Below, one piece after another: positions 50,201-58,874 of a stretch of DNA of 64,000 nucleotides. The position numbers and the translations under genes are program-made. The stretch's first letter is position 1, and each line of letters opens with the position of its first letter. The notes beneath the pieces were generated by a model. That model did not search any database. It saw nothing but the letters and a program-made list of their open reading frames with translations, and was not told where the DNA came from. The DNA is from Guillardia theta CCMP2712 (Eukaryota; Protista; Cryptophyta). The stretch covers positions 122,669 to 186,668 of the forward strand of contig NW_005434541.1 in the NCBI RefSeq assembly GCF_000315625.1. The letters are read 5' to 3'.

Positions 50201-50510
50201 GACCTACACCCCGCCTTTCACCCTGCCGCCAGCACCAGCACCAGTAGCGCCAGCCGCCATGGGACCGCTGCCCGGGGCGCCGCTGGACCCGTTGCAGGTG
50301 CAGCTCGTGCTCCACCGGATGGTGGCCGACATCAGCGCCATCATGCAGTACCAGGTCACCAACGTGCAGAGGCTGGTGGAGAAGGAGGTCGTGGTGGAGA
50401 AGGATCTCGCCGACCTGAAGAGCGGCAAGTACCAGGGCAAGCCGCTCTACGGCGCGGCGGTGTCATCCAAGCTGGAGGGCCGGGCGGCTGCGCACAAGCC
50501 TCGCAAGTAG
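47298..50510 (+). CDS. Large virus-like protein (5'-truncated, fused in frame to RT) with WH2/central/acidic-like motifs, coiled coil and Pro-rich repeats
   Basis: Open frame continues ~1070 codons past PQGSP with different codon bias; SMMDELNRAIRTPGLRSAR, INNILKKKRAGI, DDSDEDSDNQWSDDED; (PPASPRPT)n. Confidence 0.8.
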   Translation, partial: ETAPVVDNKPKTPAGGGNDMMQEVLRKQREMKEKRKVLEEAGSGAGSGAGSPPAASRQPTPPKPSMMDELNRAIRTPGLRSARDGPAARPVENPAKTGYRRYGNFVDMDVTNAKYALGLVQAEANSNDNAQSIYLAGINNILKKKRAGINGKDDSDEDSDNQWSDDEDIDYETVRHMLGKMMLRDMFALYAHVVEKELVTTLTGLEEMESKSDYNMVGNALFTLYSEAEWVKECVQLVKVADSVIPDFIKAHGLQRLIDLFSAGSKASSVSKTIGGVKGYTLQKIRTLAVLDCFDETLGDIYDCCVYSVEVLKCIMLASRLVCARKYEGMLMDYWQKNKKYDKLCLNSYKHAVGQTLLGPVFDKAFEDMQGSDGPFFVRKVGVDAKFKLSPHLAGFSPISQFGSYGLVSTDLYACYGEEMKTFNGLQDLYLQYMTSPPESAVVRCVQDRVRQRVNDLARVSGMTKLADFVEGLEAKLGSDRLMEQKLYLEWILTNKAVLNKLYPLHSFDDDGCYYKEALRDTAAEREGTDALGGKRYEIFSFMNTMSFKKLHVLVKYIADEKVDEMFIQDPSIAELALKVACMYIVDSNLAEFARVEQLDREAVASHSLGAHDAELYDKLVSNLLESSKELEAIKRNTSPAVGAALGATIGVSIRLPPSGPPPASALQEGDSLRLAPLSVTDLLTADSVEVIENLSAVDPSLANVVNEQVKDSLQAGKQIEVPSMTPLEAQAMTLTYIEKDIEHVKQMMSSGISDADKESIVKGIEVKLEDCGKNLGSIQGMYTQSEQLFDRIKALYDAEKTKDPSSATTTTLHNLTVQASAKLSDIKDFVDGAKHQVASVEKLKSDVMSSLSFSFCTSEQLRADTFVVSVQNLLKEADATLRLLKDDDAEAVKIEALAHHTPPASPRPTPPASPRPTPPASPRPTPPASPRPASPLHPTPPASPRPTPPAPLHPTPPAPHPPTGSSSTYTPPFTLPPAPAPVAPAAMGPLPGAPLDPLQVQLVLHRMVADISAIMQYQVTNVQRLVEKEVVVEKDLADLKSGKYQGKPLYGAAVSSKLEGRAAAHKPRK
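50002..50190 (+). repeat. 24-bp coding repeat (PPASPRPT)n
   Basis: Direct reading; pyrimidine-rich tandem units. Confidence 0.9.
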
Positions 50511-50690
50511 CTCCCAGTACAGCAGCCCTCCCCTCTCGTTCACCCGCTCGTGGAGGACCACCAGCACGGCAATCACCTGGATGGTGAAGATGGAGAGGAG
50601 GAACAGCGCGAGGAAGCGGGTGGTGGACGGCGTGATCCGCGCCTGCGTCACGAAGCACGGCGGCGCCCTCGCCTGGTGCCCCCTGTTCAT
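50463..50690 (-). CDS. Small membrane protein
   Basis: One hydrophobic segment FLALFLLSIFTIQVIAVLVVL; TATAAAATAAAA about 50 nt upstream. Confidence 0.5.
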   Translation of the reverse strand: MNRGHQARAPPCFVTQARITPSTTRFLALFLLSIFTIQVIAVLVVLHERVNERGGLLYWELLARLVRSRPALQLG

Positions 50691-50764
50691 GATTGTGTGT
50701 TGCTGGCGATGGTTGGGTGGTTGGGCCGTTTGCTTTTATTTTATACATGAAGACCGTCCATGAC

Positions 50765-51547
50765 TCACGTTGCCGCTGGGACGAGCAGGGAGCGGGCCGT
50801 GCCGTCCTGCCCCTTCCTCTTCCTCCCCTTCCTCCCCTTCCTCCCCACCGCCGCGGCCTCCTCGTCCTCGTCCTCCTCGTCGTCCTCCTCCAGCCCCTCC
50901 CCGGGGCCCGGCCCGTTGGCGCGCTTCTCCAGCTCCGCCTCCGCCTCCGCCGGCGACGCCCCCTGCTGCAGGTGGGGGGTGATGCTGATGGTGACGTTGG
51001 GGTCGGGCCCGCTGACGAAGGTGCTGTGCTGCTGCCCGTCCATCTTCATCCACGCGTCGTAGCGGTGGGGGTCGACGGTCTTGCCCCGCATGAACGCGAT
51101 GCTGGTGTAGACGTTGACGAGCAGGTCGGCGCAGATGCGGATGAAGAGGAAGTCCACCTGGGAGAGCATGACGAAGAGCGAGAAGACCCCCATGACGCAG
51201 CAGTAGAGCGTCCAGACCTGCGTGATGATGATGCACGTCATCTTCGAGTAGGGGAGGAACTTGGTCTTGTGGTCCTGGATGGTGTTCTGGATCCACGGCA
51301 TGATCGCGTCCCCGACGAAGGCGTTGATCGCCGTCGAGACGAAGGTGAACACCGCGATGCAGCTCCACTTGTACCACGTGTCCAGCTCCACCCCCATCAC
51401 CTTGGAGTGCTTCCCGGGGCCGAACTTCATGAAGTGCGAGTCCATCACCCCCAGCTCCGAGAAGATGGCCAGCACCATCGTCATCCACGTCATCAGCACC
51501 ACCGACGTCAGCCGCTTGTCCTCGAAGAAGCGGTTGATCAGCTCCAT
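50765..51547 (-). CDS. Multi-pass membrane protein of unknown function
   Basis: ATG-started GC3-rich ORF with about 4 hydrophobic segments; FGPG..DTWYKW..PWIQNTIQDHK recalls uncharacterised large-virus membrane proteins (recollection, unverified). Confidence 0.75.
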   Translation of the reverse strand: MELINRFFEDKRLTSVVLMTWMTMVLAIFSELGVMDSHFMKFGPGKHSKVMGVELDTWYKWSCIAVFTFVSTAINAFVGDAIMPWIQNTIQDHKTKFLPYSKMTCIIITQVWTLYCCVMGVFSLFVMLSQVDFLFIRICADLLVNVYTSIAFMRGKTVDPHRYDAWMKMDGQQHSTFVSGPDPNVTISITPHLQQGASPAEAEAELEKRANGPGPGEGLEEDDEEDEDEEAAAVGRKGRKGRKRKGQDGTARSLLVPAAT

Positions 51548-51589
51548 CGCTGTCCGATCGTCCCCCCTCCCGCCCTGCCCCGCCGCCCG

Positions 51590-52249
51590 TTAACTACCCG
51601 TGGGGGGGCCGGAGGATGAAACACTGTACGCCGCGCTGGCCTCGGCGCACTCCCGCAGCACGCACGACTCCTTGGAGATGGCCGCCAGCGTCGACCGCGG
51701 CACGTGCACCATGCTGCACACCCGCTGGATCACGATGTTGCACACGTTGTCCTTGATCTCCGGCCCCAGGTGGCTCCCCGAGCACCTCACCGCCGCGCAG
51801 AACTGCGTCAGCACGTCCTCCGCCGGCAGGTAGCGCTTCGGCCCCCGGTAGTTGAGCTGCGCCATGCCCCCTCCCCCCATCTGCGTCGATAGCGTCGCCA
51901 GCCCGCCCGCCTGCATCTCGTTGATCGCCCCGTTCAGGAACGCCTTCTGCTCCGGCGTCATGCACCCGAACGGCAGGATCGCCATGTTGCAGTCCTTGAG
52001 CGGCGCCAGCCCCGTCTTCGTCACGCAGAGCGACACCGGCGTCGTCATGAAGGTGCACAGGGTGTGCGTGATCGGGTCGTTGATCTCCACCGTGCAAGAG
52101 TTGCACATGTACAGCAGCATCCCCCGCAGCGCCTCCCCCCGCAGGAACATCTCCACGAACCGGTCCATGATCTCCCCGCAGTGCTCCGACGGGTCCACCT
52201 CCCCCTCCTCCCCCTCCTCCACCGGCTCGTGCTTCGACTCCTCCGCCAT
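51590..52249 (-). CDS. Hypothetical Cys-rich protein
   Basis: 219-aa ORF with GC3 bias; AT-rich spacer upstream. Confidence 0.75.
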   Translation of the reverse strand: MAEESKHEPVEEGEEGEVDPSEHCGEIMDRFVEMFLRGEALRGMLLYMCNSCTVEINDPITHTLCTFMTTPVSLCVTKTGLAPLKDCNMAILPFGCMTPEQKAFLNGAINEMQAGGLATLSTQMGGGGMAQLNYRGPKRYLPAEDVLTQFCAAVRCSGSHLGPEIKDNVCNIVIQRVCSMVHVPRSTLAAISKESCVLRECAEASAAYSVSSSGPPTGS

Positions 52250-52392
52250 CCCCCTCTGTCCCCGCCTCCCTCCCTCCCTCCCGGACCATGGCAGTTGGCG
52301 TTTGTTTTTTTTTAATGATCCGCTCTACACCCAGGATGCATATGCTGGGGGGGTATTTAGAAGCCGGAACCCGGCGAAAGTTCATATGCATT

Positions 52393-54371
52393 CTAGCAGT
52401 TGTCGTGCAGCTCCTCCAGCCGGTCGTGGATGATCCCGACGGCCAGGTTCAGGTGCGTCCGGAGGTGGTTGCAGGCCCTCTGGAAGCTCTCCACGTGCGG
52501 TGTCCCCGGCAGCGACAGCCTCCGGCAGCAGATGTCGTAGTACCGCAGCAGCGACTTGGCGCTGTTGTAGCACGCCATGTAGGAGCGGTAGGACATCGCC
52601 ATCCCCCGGTTCACCTCCCTCTGCATGTCCTGGTTCCGCTTGGCAAAGTGCGAGAGCATCCCCCCGTCCCCCGTGAAGGCGTCCATCGCCTGCGCGAACT
52701 CCAGGTCCAGCGCCGGCACGGGGCCCGGGACCCTGCACGCCCCCTGCGGCCCCAGCAGCGCCTCCGACGCCTGCCTGATCGCCGCCTGGTAGTGCAGCAC
52801 GTTCAGCTCCACGTCCGGGTGCAGCCCCGCCAGCCTCCTCCGGTAGATGTCGGCCAGCCTGCTCGCGACGCTGAGCCTCTGCTGGCACGACGCCCTCGCC
52901 AGCGGGTTGTCCGGCACCTGCCTCTCGGCCAGGAAGCGGAGCACGTGCTCGAGCTCCTTCCGCAGCCCGCCTCCCCCGGGCTCCTCCCTCGCCCTGGTGC
53001 TGAGCAGCGTCCTCGCCAGCCCCAGCACCTCGGGCTCCGCCGCCTCCTCCCCGTCCCTCCAGCCCTCCAGCCCGCCACCGTCCCCGGCCTGCAGCAGGGC
53101 GGAGAAGGCCTTCCGCATAGCCTGCACCTCCGCCACGATCCTCCCGGCCTTGGCGCCCACGAGCTTGATCTCGGGGCTGTTGTCCGCCAGGCCCAGCTCT
53201 CCACCAGCCTGTCCAGCACCCTCGTCTCCAGCGTGCAGAACAGCTGCTGCGGCGCCATCCCCATCCCCGACGCCTGCAGCGCCAGCGCGGCCCAGCACTT
53301 CTCCAGCCCGTTGGCCATCGCCACGAACACCTCCGCCTCCGTGGAGATGGAGGAGCGCAGCGCCCCGGCCTTCTCCCGCTTGGCGTTCTCCCCCATCGGC
53401 CGCTCGTGGATGGCCGCCAGCCTCTGCACCGACCGGTGGATGCGGTGGATGCTGTCCCCCGCCCCGACCAGGTGCAGGTCCCGCGCCCTCACCAGCTCCC
53501 CGACCCCCATCCTCTCCGCCTCCTCCGCCCGGAACTCCGACAGCAGCTGCAGGAACCGCCGGCACTGGCTCGCCTGGTTCTGGTGGTAGCGCACCAGCGA
53601 CTCGTCGTCCATCGCCAGCAGCCCGTCCACGTGCCTCTCGTGCAGCTGGAAGAACATCCCCCGCCGCTCGATCAGCGCGTCCAGCCTCTCCCGCATCCCG
53701 AGGAGGTCCTCCCGCAGCCCCTCGGCCACGATCTCCTGCCTCAGCGCCCGGTCCACCCGCGCCTTGCAGGCGTACGGCGTGCTGCTCCGCTGCGGGAACG
53801 TGCCCTCCAGCTCCGAGCACGCCGCATCCATCCTCGCCATCAGGCCCACCACCTCATCGTCGTACGAGCCCCCCGTCCTCGCCCACACCCCCGCGTGGCT
53901 CTTGATCGGGCTCCTTATCCTGGGCTCGGCGCTTGGTTCTTTTGGCTCTGTTGGCTCTATTGGCTCTATTGGCTCTGTTGGCTCTATTGGCTCTATTGGC
54001 TCTATTGGCTCTATTGGCTCTATTGGCTCTATTGGCTCTATTGGCTCCTCAGTGGTTGGCTCTTTGGTGATTTGTTCAGGGATTGGCTCAGCCTGGATTG
54101 GCTCGTCCAGCTCGCCCTCGACAATCTCGCCGATGGCCATGCTCTGCAGCTCCCGCAGCGACTGCTCGATGTCCTCCGTCACCGCCACCGTCCGCAGCAG
54201 CTCCACGCGGCTCTGCAGGAGCAGCTGCCGGGCGGCTTGGCCCTCCGGCCCTCCCGCGGAGGCGGCCTGGCTCTGGGCCTCGATCGCCGCGTGCAGCGCC
54301 GACTCCCTCCCCCGCTGCTCCCTGAGCCTCTCCTCCATGCTCCCCAGCTCCTCCGACCACGCCCCCGGCAT
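52393..54371 (-). CDS. Hypothetical coiled-coil protein with (EPI)n repeat; one frameshift near 53195
   Basis: GC3-rich frame switches from ..VLDRLVE to ELGLADNSPEIK..; restoring a single base joins the two frames. Confidence 0.7.
53942..54047. repeat. 9-bp coding repeat TTGGCTCTA (EPI on the minus strand)
   Basis: Direct reading of the sequence. Confidence 0.9.
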
Positions 54372-54474
54372 GGTTTCCGGCCAGGGGGCCCGGGTGACAT
54401 AAATACGGATTGCGCGCCGTGCGCCGAATAACTATAAAGCCTCCCGCCCCCCGGGCCGGCGGCAACTCCGGGCC

Positions 54475-55026
54475 ATGGATGCCGCCGCCCAGCTCTACGT
54501 CCAGCAGCACCACCTCGAGCAGAACCTCCAGCACCAGAGGCAGCAGCAGCAGCAGGCCCAGCGCCCGGCCTACCGCCCCTGCTGGCTCTGCAGGTACTAC
54601 TCCGCCTCCTGCCCCTACATGCGCGAGATCATCGAGTACGTCAACGACTCGGCGCTCAACATCGCCGAGGAGGAGATCGTCGAGCAGGTCTACACCATCA
54701 TAGCGAGCAAGTGGCCGCAGGAGAACGTCTCCCGCGAGGCCATCCGCACCCACTTCACCCAGCACTCCGTCTCCCAGAACCTCATCTTCGCCAGGAACGT
54801 CCGCGACATGAACCACCTCGTCAACATCGTCCGCGCCGGCGTCACCACCGTCGAGATGCACACGGGCAACATGGTCGTCGACGACAGGATGGCCAAGCTC
54901 TACCTCAGCATCGTCTCGCAGATCACCGCCATCTTCAAGAACGACGGCAAGAGGCCCGCCCTCTCGGACAAGGCCAAGGCGGGCGGCGAGAAGGCCGCCG
55001 CCTCCAACCGCCCGGACGAGGCCTAG
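54475..55026 (+). CDS. Hypothetical protein with CxxC and HxxxH (possible Zn binding)
   Basis: PCWLC ... IRTHFTQH; GC3 bias; TATAAA at 54433. Confidence 0.75.
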   Translation: MDAAAQLYVQQHHLEQNLQHQRQQQQQAQRPAYRPCWLCRYYSASCPYMREIIEYVNDSALNIAEEEIVEQVYTIIASKWPQENVSREAIRTHFTQHSVSQNLIFARNVRDMNHLVNIVRAGVTTVEMHTGNMVVDDRMAKLYLSIVSQITAIFKNDGKRPALSDKAKAGGEKAAASNRPDEA

Positions 55027-55038
55027 CGCGCGCCCCAC

Positions 55039-55647
55039 TCAGACCCTCGGCGTGAAGGCGATCGGCACGATCCCCTCCTCCGTCACCGTCCCCCGCCGCT
55101 TCTTCCCCGGGTGCAGGTCCTGCGGCCCGCAGGCCCCCTGCACCGCCAGCTCGATCTTGAACGGCACGCTGCTGAACAGCGTCCGGTTCGAGCTCCGCAC
55201 CGCCTTGAACAGCATGCTCGGCGTCGTCCGGCACGGCGTCAGCATCACGAACTCGGGCACGTTGCCCAGCTGCAGCACCTCCGTCACGTACCGGCTGCAG
55301 AAGGTGCGGTCCGGCGGGTTCCGGCTGATCAGCGGCAGGATCGCCAGGTACATCCCCAGCCCGTCGAACCCCACGTTGTGCGCCGCCCGCAGCCGGCAGT
55401 GCCGGTACATCGCCTGGTAGTCCCTGTCCTCCACCGTGAACGTCTCGATGCGGTAGTGCGGGTTCGCGTACGTCCGGTTCCGGAAGAACACCGTCTCCCC
55501 CGCGTACACCGAGCTCGCCATCCCGTCCTCGAAGCGGATCTCCACGTGCACGTACGGCGGGTCGAACCACGACACCAGCCGGTTCATGAAGTGGTCGTTG
55601 GGCTGCGCCTGGTAGAAGAGTAGCTGTACTATCCTCGTCTGCGGCAT
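55039..55647 (-). CDS. Permuted papain-like NlpC/P60 family protein (YiiX/G6R-like)
   Basis: N-terminal PYVHVEI (catalytic His) precedes TFCSRYVTEVLQ (catalytic Cys), followed by TPSML. Confidence 0.75.
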   Translation of the reverse strand: MPQTRIVQLLFYQAQPNDHFMNRLVSWFDPPYVHVEIRFEDGMASSVYAGETVFFRNRTYANPHYRIETFTVEDRDYQAMYRHCRLRAAHNVGFDGLGMYLAILPLISRNPPDRTFCSRYVTEVLQLGNVPEFVMLTPCRTTPSMLFKAVRSSNRTLFSSVPFKIELAVQGACGPQDLHPGKKRRGTVTEEGIVPIAFTPRV

Positions 55648-55763
55648 GCTGCGGGGCTGCGAGGTACGGAGAGGTACGGAGAGGGGGGCTTTGGGACTAC
55701 CTTTTCTCCTTTTTCATTAAATATTGGACTATACCACGATTACCATGATTACGCCCCTGCCCC

Positions 55764-56447
55764 TCACCTCGCCGACTGGTCGCGGATCACCTTCCACAGG
55801 CTGCCGGAGCTCAGGTTCACCTGCGAGGGCTTGGCCTCGGAGCGGCTCGTCTCCGCCAGCCTCCTCAGGCTCTGGTTGATCGACTCCTTCGAGGAGAGGC
55901 TGATCTCCTTCGCCGCCGACGCCTGCTTGGGGGCCGCCGGCGCCTGCTTGGGGGCCGCCGGCGCCTGCTTCCCCGCCTGCTTCCCCGACGCCTTGGCGGG
56001 CACCGGGGCGGGCTCGGTGGCCTTGCTGCTGATGCGGCTCTTGGCCTGGTAGCGGCCGCCGCAGTTCTGCTTCAGGTTCCTCTCGATCATCGCCTGCAGG
56101 TCGCGCTTGCTGACCGCCGCGGGGGAGGGCGGGGAGGCCCGCTCCTCGTCGGAGCTGTAGTCCTCCCACGCCACGCTCTTGGGCCCGTCCTCCGGGGGCG
56201 GGGGCTCGTCCTCCATGATCTCGATGCCGTCGCGGAAGTCCAGTGTGTCCGCGATGCCGTAGTTCGCGGGGGGGTGGTAGGGGGAGCTGAAGCCGCCCGC
56301 GACTACCGCGCGGGAGGGCGCGCCAAGGGCCGACGAGGCCATGGAGCGGTAGTGGTTCGCCTGGGCGTAGGGGTCGGCGAAGGGCTGTGCGGCGGAGCCG
56401 GTGGAGGTGGCGTGCCCGTACACATCGGATGGGGGCCTTCGCGACAT
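55764..56447 (-). CDS. Hypothetical low-complexity protein
   Basis: 227-aa GC3-rich ORF; TATTTA about 32 nt upstream. Confidence 0.65.
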   Translation of the reverse strand: MSRRPPSDVYGHATSTGSAAQPFADPYAQANHYRSMASSALGAPSRAVVAGGFSSPYHPPANYGIADTLDFRDGIEIMEDEPPPPEDGPKSVAWEDYSSDEERASPPSPAAVSKRDLQAMIERNLKQNCGGRYQAKSRISSKATEPAPVPAKASGKQAGKQAPAAPKQAPAAPKQASAAKEISLSSKESINQSLRRLAETSRSEAKPSQVNLSSGSLWKVIRDQSAR

Positions 56448-56541
56448 TTCTCCTTCCCCCCACCCCCCGCGATACGCTTAAATAAGCGCCGCCGCGCGCG
56501 TCGATGGGCGGGTCGGGTAAAGGCCCCGCCCTCCCCGACCT

Positions 56542-56676
56542 TCACACCGCCGCGCAGTCGTAGCGGTAGTTGTTCATGATCCCGTAGAGGAGGAGGTTCA
56601 GCGAGACCGCGATCCCCAGGTAGCTCACCACCGTGTACGCCAGCCGCTCGGACACGCCGCCCTGATCACTGCCCAT
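56542..56676 (-). CDS. 44-aa single-TM microprotein (not in ORF track)
   Basis: MGSDQGGVSERLAYTVVSYLGIAVSLNLLLYGIMNNYRYDCAAV fills the gap between neighbouring ORFs; TATTTA about 37 nt upstream. Confidence 0.55.
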   Translation of the reverse strand: MGSDQGGVSERLAYTVVSYLGIAVSLNLLLYGIMNNYRYDCAAV

Positions 56677-56691
56677 GCCCTCTCCCGCGCC

Positions 56692-57501
56692 TCACCGCCA
56701 GTGCCCCCACGCTAAATACACCGTCACCAACAGGAAGGTGTTGCAGACGGCGTACAGCACCCGGCACTCCACCACGTGCTCCATCACCCGCTTGCTCCCC
56801 GTGTGGTAGCCCACGATCATAAACTCGAGCAGGATCTTGAAGATGAAGATGAAGATCACCCCGTCGATGTCCTGCCGCAGCTTCGCCCACACGAACATCC
56901 ACAGCAGCAGCACCACCATCCCGCACAGCGTCCGCGCCAGCGACTGCAGCCCGTTCTCCTCCCCCTCCCGCGGCGCGATCACCACCTCCACCTGCGCCCC
57001 GATGATGTAGGCCAGCAGGACGCACGAGTCCAGCTGCCGCGGGAAGCACACGAAGGAGATGATCGCGAAGTTGCAGAACACCATGCACACCGAGAAGCAG
57101 AAGACCCAGTGCGTGTGGTCCTGCAGCGACTCCCCGCAGTAGTCGTCGTCGGGCGAGATCTTGCTGCAGTGGTGGCTGCTCTCGGGTAGCTTCAGGAACG
57201 TGTAGATCACGTAGATCGTCAGGAGCATCACCGCGCTCAGCCCCACCGTCAGCGGGTTCAGCCGGTACAGGAACAGCCGGTTCCCCCCGTCCACCGCCAC
57301 CCCGTCCAGCATGTGCACGGGCATGCTGTCCCCTCCCATCACCACGTAGGTCGCGTTGCCCGAGAGCAGCTGCTGCACCGTCGTGGGCGAGAGCTTCGTG
57401 TCGTACAGCGCCACCTCGGGCCCCACCACCTTGGACGTCAGCGCCAGGAACACGATCGCCACCACCGCCTGCAGCATCACGAAGGCGAGCGTGAAGGCCA
57501 T
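56692..57501 (-). CDS. Multi-pass membrane protein of unknown function
   Basis: 269 aa, about 7 hydrophobic segments, GC3 bias. Confidence 0.75.
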   Translation of the reverse strand: MAFTLAFVMLQAVVAIVFLALTSKVVGPEVALYDTKLSPTTVQQLLSGNATYVVMGGDSMPVHMLDGVAVDGGNRLFLYRLNPLTVGLSAVMLLTIYVIYTFLKLPESSHHCSKISPDDDYCGESLQDHTHWVFCFSVCMVFCNFAIISFVCFPRQLDSCVLLAYIIGAQVEVVIAPREGEENGLQSLARTLCGMVVLLLWMFVWAKLRQDIDGVIFIFIFKILLEFMIVGYHTGSKRVMEHVVECRVLYAVCNTFLLVTVYLAWGHWR

Positions 57502-57547
57502 GGTGTTGTCTCCTCCCCGCGGCCCCCGCCCCGCTTTACTAGGGCCG

Positions 57548-58417
57548 TCAGACCATGCCGAGACAACCGTCCTTCCGGCAGCTCATCGGCGTCACCGCCA
57601 CGTGACTCTGCACGAAGAGCAGCCCGAAGATGAGCACCGTCGTCAGCACCAGCGTCTGCTTGTTCTCGAAGTTGGCGTCGATCACCATGCTCAGCACCAC
57701 GCAGAGCAGCACCAGCACGCTGCACACCACCGACAGGATCCTCCGCCACGACGTCGACATCAGGTAGAAGAACAGGCACACCACCGCCAGCCCCGGCAGG
57801 TGCCGCGTCAGCGACAGCGTCCCGTTCGAGACGATCACCGACACGCCCGAGCCCGCCAGCAGCGTCGCCCCCGCCGCCGCCAGCAGCGACCGCCTCGGCC
57901 TCCCCGCCTCCATCCCGTGGAACACCATCGTCGCCGACAGCAGCGGCAGCGCCGACAGGATCGCCAGGTTCAGCGCGAACACGTTCCCCCGCCCCTCCAG
58001 CAGGCACGTCGCCGCGATCACCAGCGTGAAGGAGAGCACGTACCCCGTCCTCACCAGCTCCGGGCTCCGCACGTCCTCCAGCCCCAGGCTCCCGCACACC
58101 GACGCCGCCGGGCTGTCCCCCAGGTCCTTCGAGGAGGAAGCGCTGATCTTGTCCGAGGCCGGCACCGTCCTCGCCTGGTACCGCGCCGCCACCCCCCTCA
58201 CCTGCAGCCCTGACCCCGGCGCCTCCCCTCCTGCCGAGGGCGGCGAAAGCAGCCCCAGCGCCAGGCCCACTGTTTGCTGCTGCGATCCCTGAGACTGCGC
58301 CGGCCCGCTGATCGGCAGGCGGAAGCCGGCACGGGCCCGCCCCACCAGGCTCACGTCGAAAGTGTCGCTTTTCGAAGCACCGTTTTTTGCCTCGTTCGGC
58401 AACGTTGCTGACTCCAT
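57548..58417 (-). CDS. Multi-pass membrane protein with N-terminal FDVSLVGRAR motif
   Basis: C-terminal half has about 6 hydrophobic segments; likely start MESATLP. Confidence 0.7.
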   Translation of the reverse strand: MESATLPNEAKNGASKSDTFDVSLVGRARAGFRLPISGPAQSQGSQQQTVGLALGLLSPPSAGGEAPGSGLQVRGVAARYQARTVPASDKISASSSKDLGDSPAASVCGSLGLEDVRSPELVRTGYVLSFTLVIAATCLLEGRGNVFALNLAILSALPLLSATMVFHGMEAGRPRRSLLAAAGATLLAGSGVSVIVSNGTLSLTRHLPGLAVVCLFFYLMSTSWRRILSVVCSVLVLLCVVLSMVIDANFENKQTLVLTTVLIFGLLFVQSHVAVTPMSCRKDGCLGMV

Positions 58418-58474
58418 CGGTGCCGCTCGGCCGTCCCGCTGCCTCGTTTGCGCCGCGCGCTCGCCCCTCATATA

Positions 58475-58714
58475 TCAGGGGTGGGGCGCGAGGATTTCCT
58501 CCTTGTAAGCAGATCCGAGTTTTGTAGGTGTGACGGTGGGTGCCTTCGAAGCATATCCCAGAACCCCACTCACAGGCATCCGGAACCCCTGCCGGGCCCG
58601 CCCCACCAACGAGACATCAAACGCTGAACCGTTACCCCCGTTACCCATCCCGCCATTTTTTGGCTCCGACCTGCCCGTCCCGTCGCTGTCCTCGCCGCGG
58701 TAAAGGCTCTCCAT
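58475..58714 (-). CDS. Small protein with FDVSLVGRAR motif (paralog of the neighbour's N-terminus)
   Basis: MESLY..SAFDVSLVGRARQGFRMPVSG. Confidence 0.6.
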   Translation of the reverse strand: MESLYRGEDSDGTGRSEPKNGGMGNGGNGSAFDVSLVGRARQGFRMPVSGVLGYASKAPTVTPTKLGSAYKEEILAPHP

Positions 58715-58874
58715 CGCTCGCTGCACCCCGCCGTGCTCCGTTACGCAGGTCTGGGTGGGCCACATATATCAGTGAAGGGCATCCGGCAGATCAAAGGTGG
58801 GGTGGAGTTCGTGTTTCACGACTCGTATGGTAAACAAGGAAGTCCATCGCGGCAGAAGTAAAGTGTGGAAGAGG

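Noticed and set aside
46104-50510. A natural 1468-aa RT protein
   Set aside because: RT lacks YADD and later motifs, and composition changes abruptly at ~47298; it is a fusion of two unrelated sequences
50693-58292. Many long overlapping antisense or alternative-frame ORFs in the GC-rich block
   Set aside because: Expected shadows of GC3-rich coding sequence; low-complexity R/G/A/P translations
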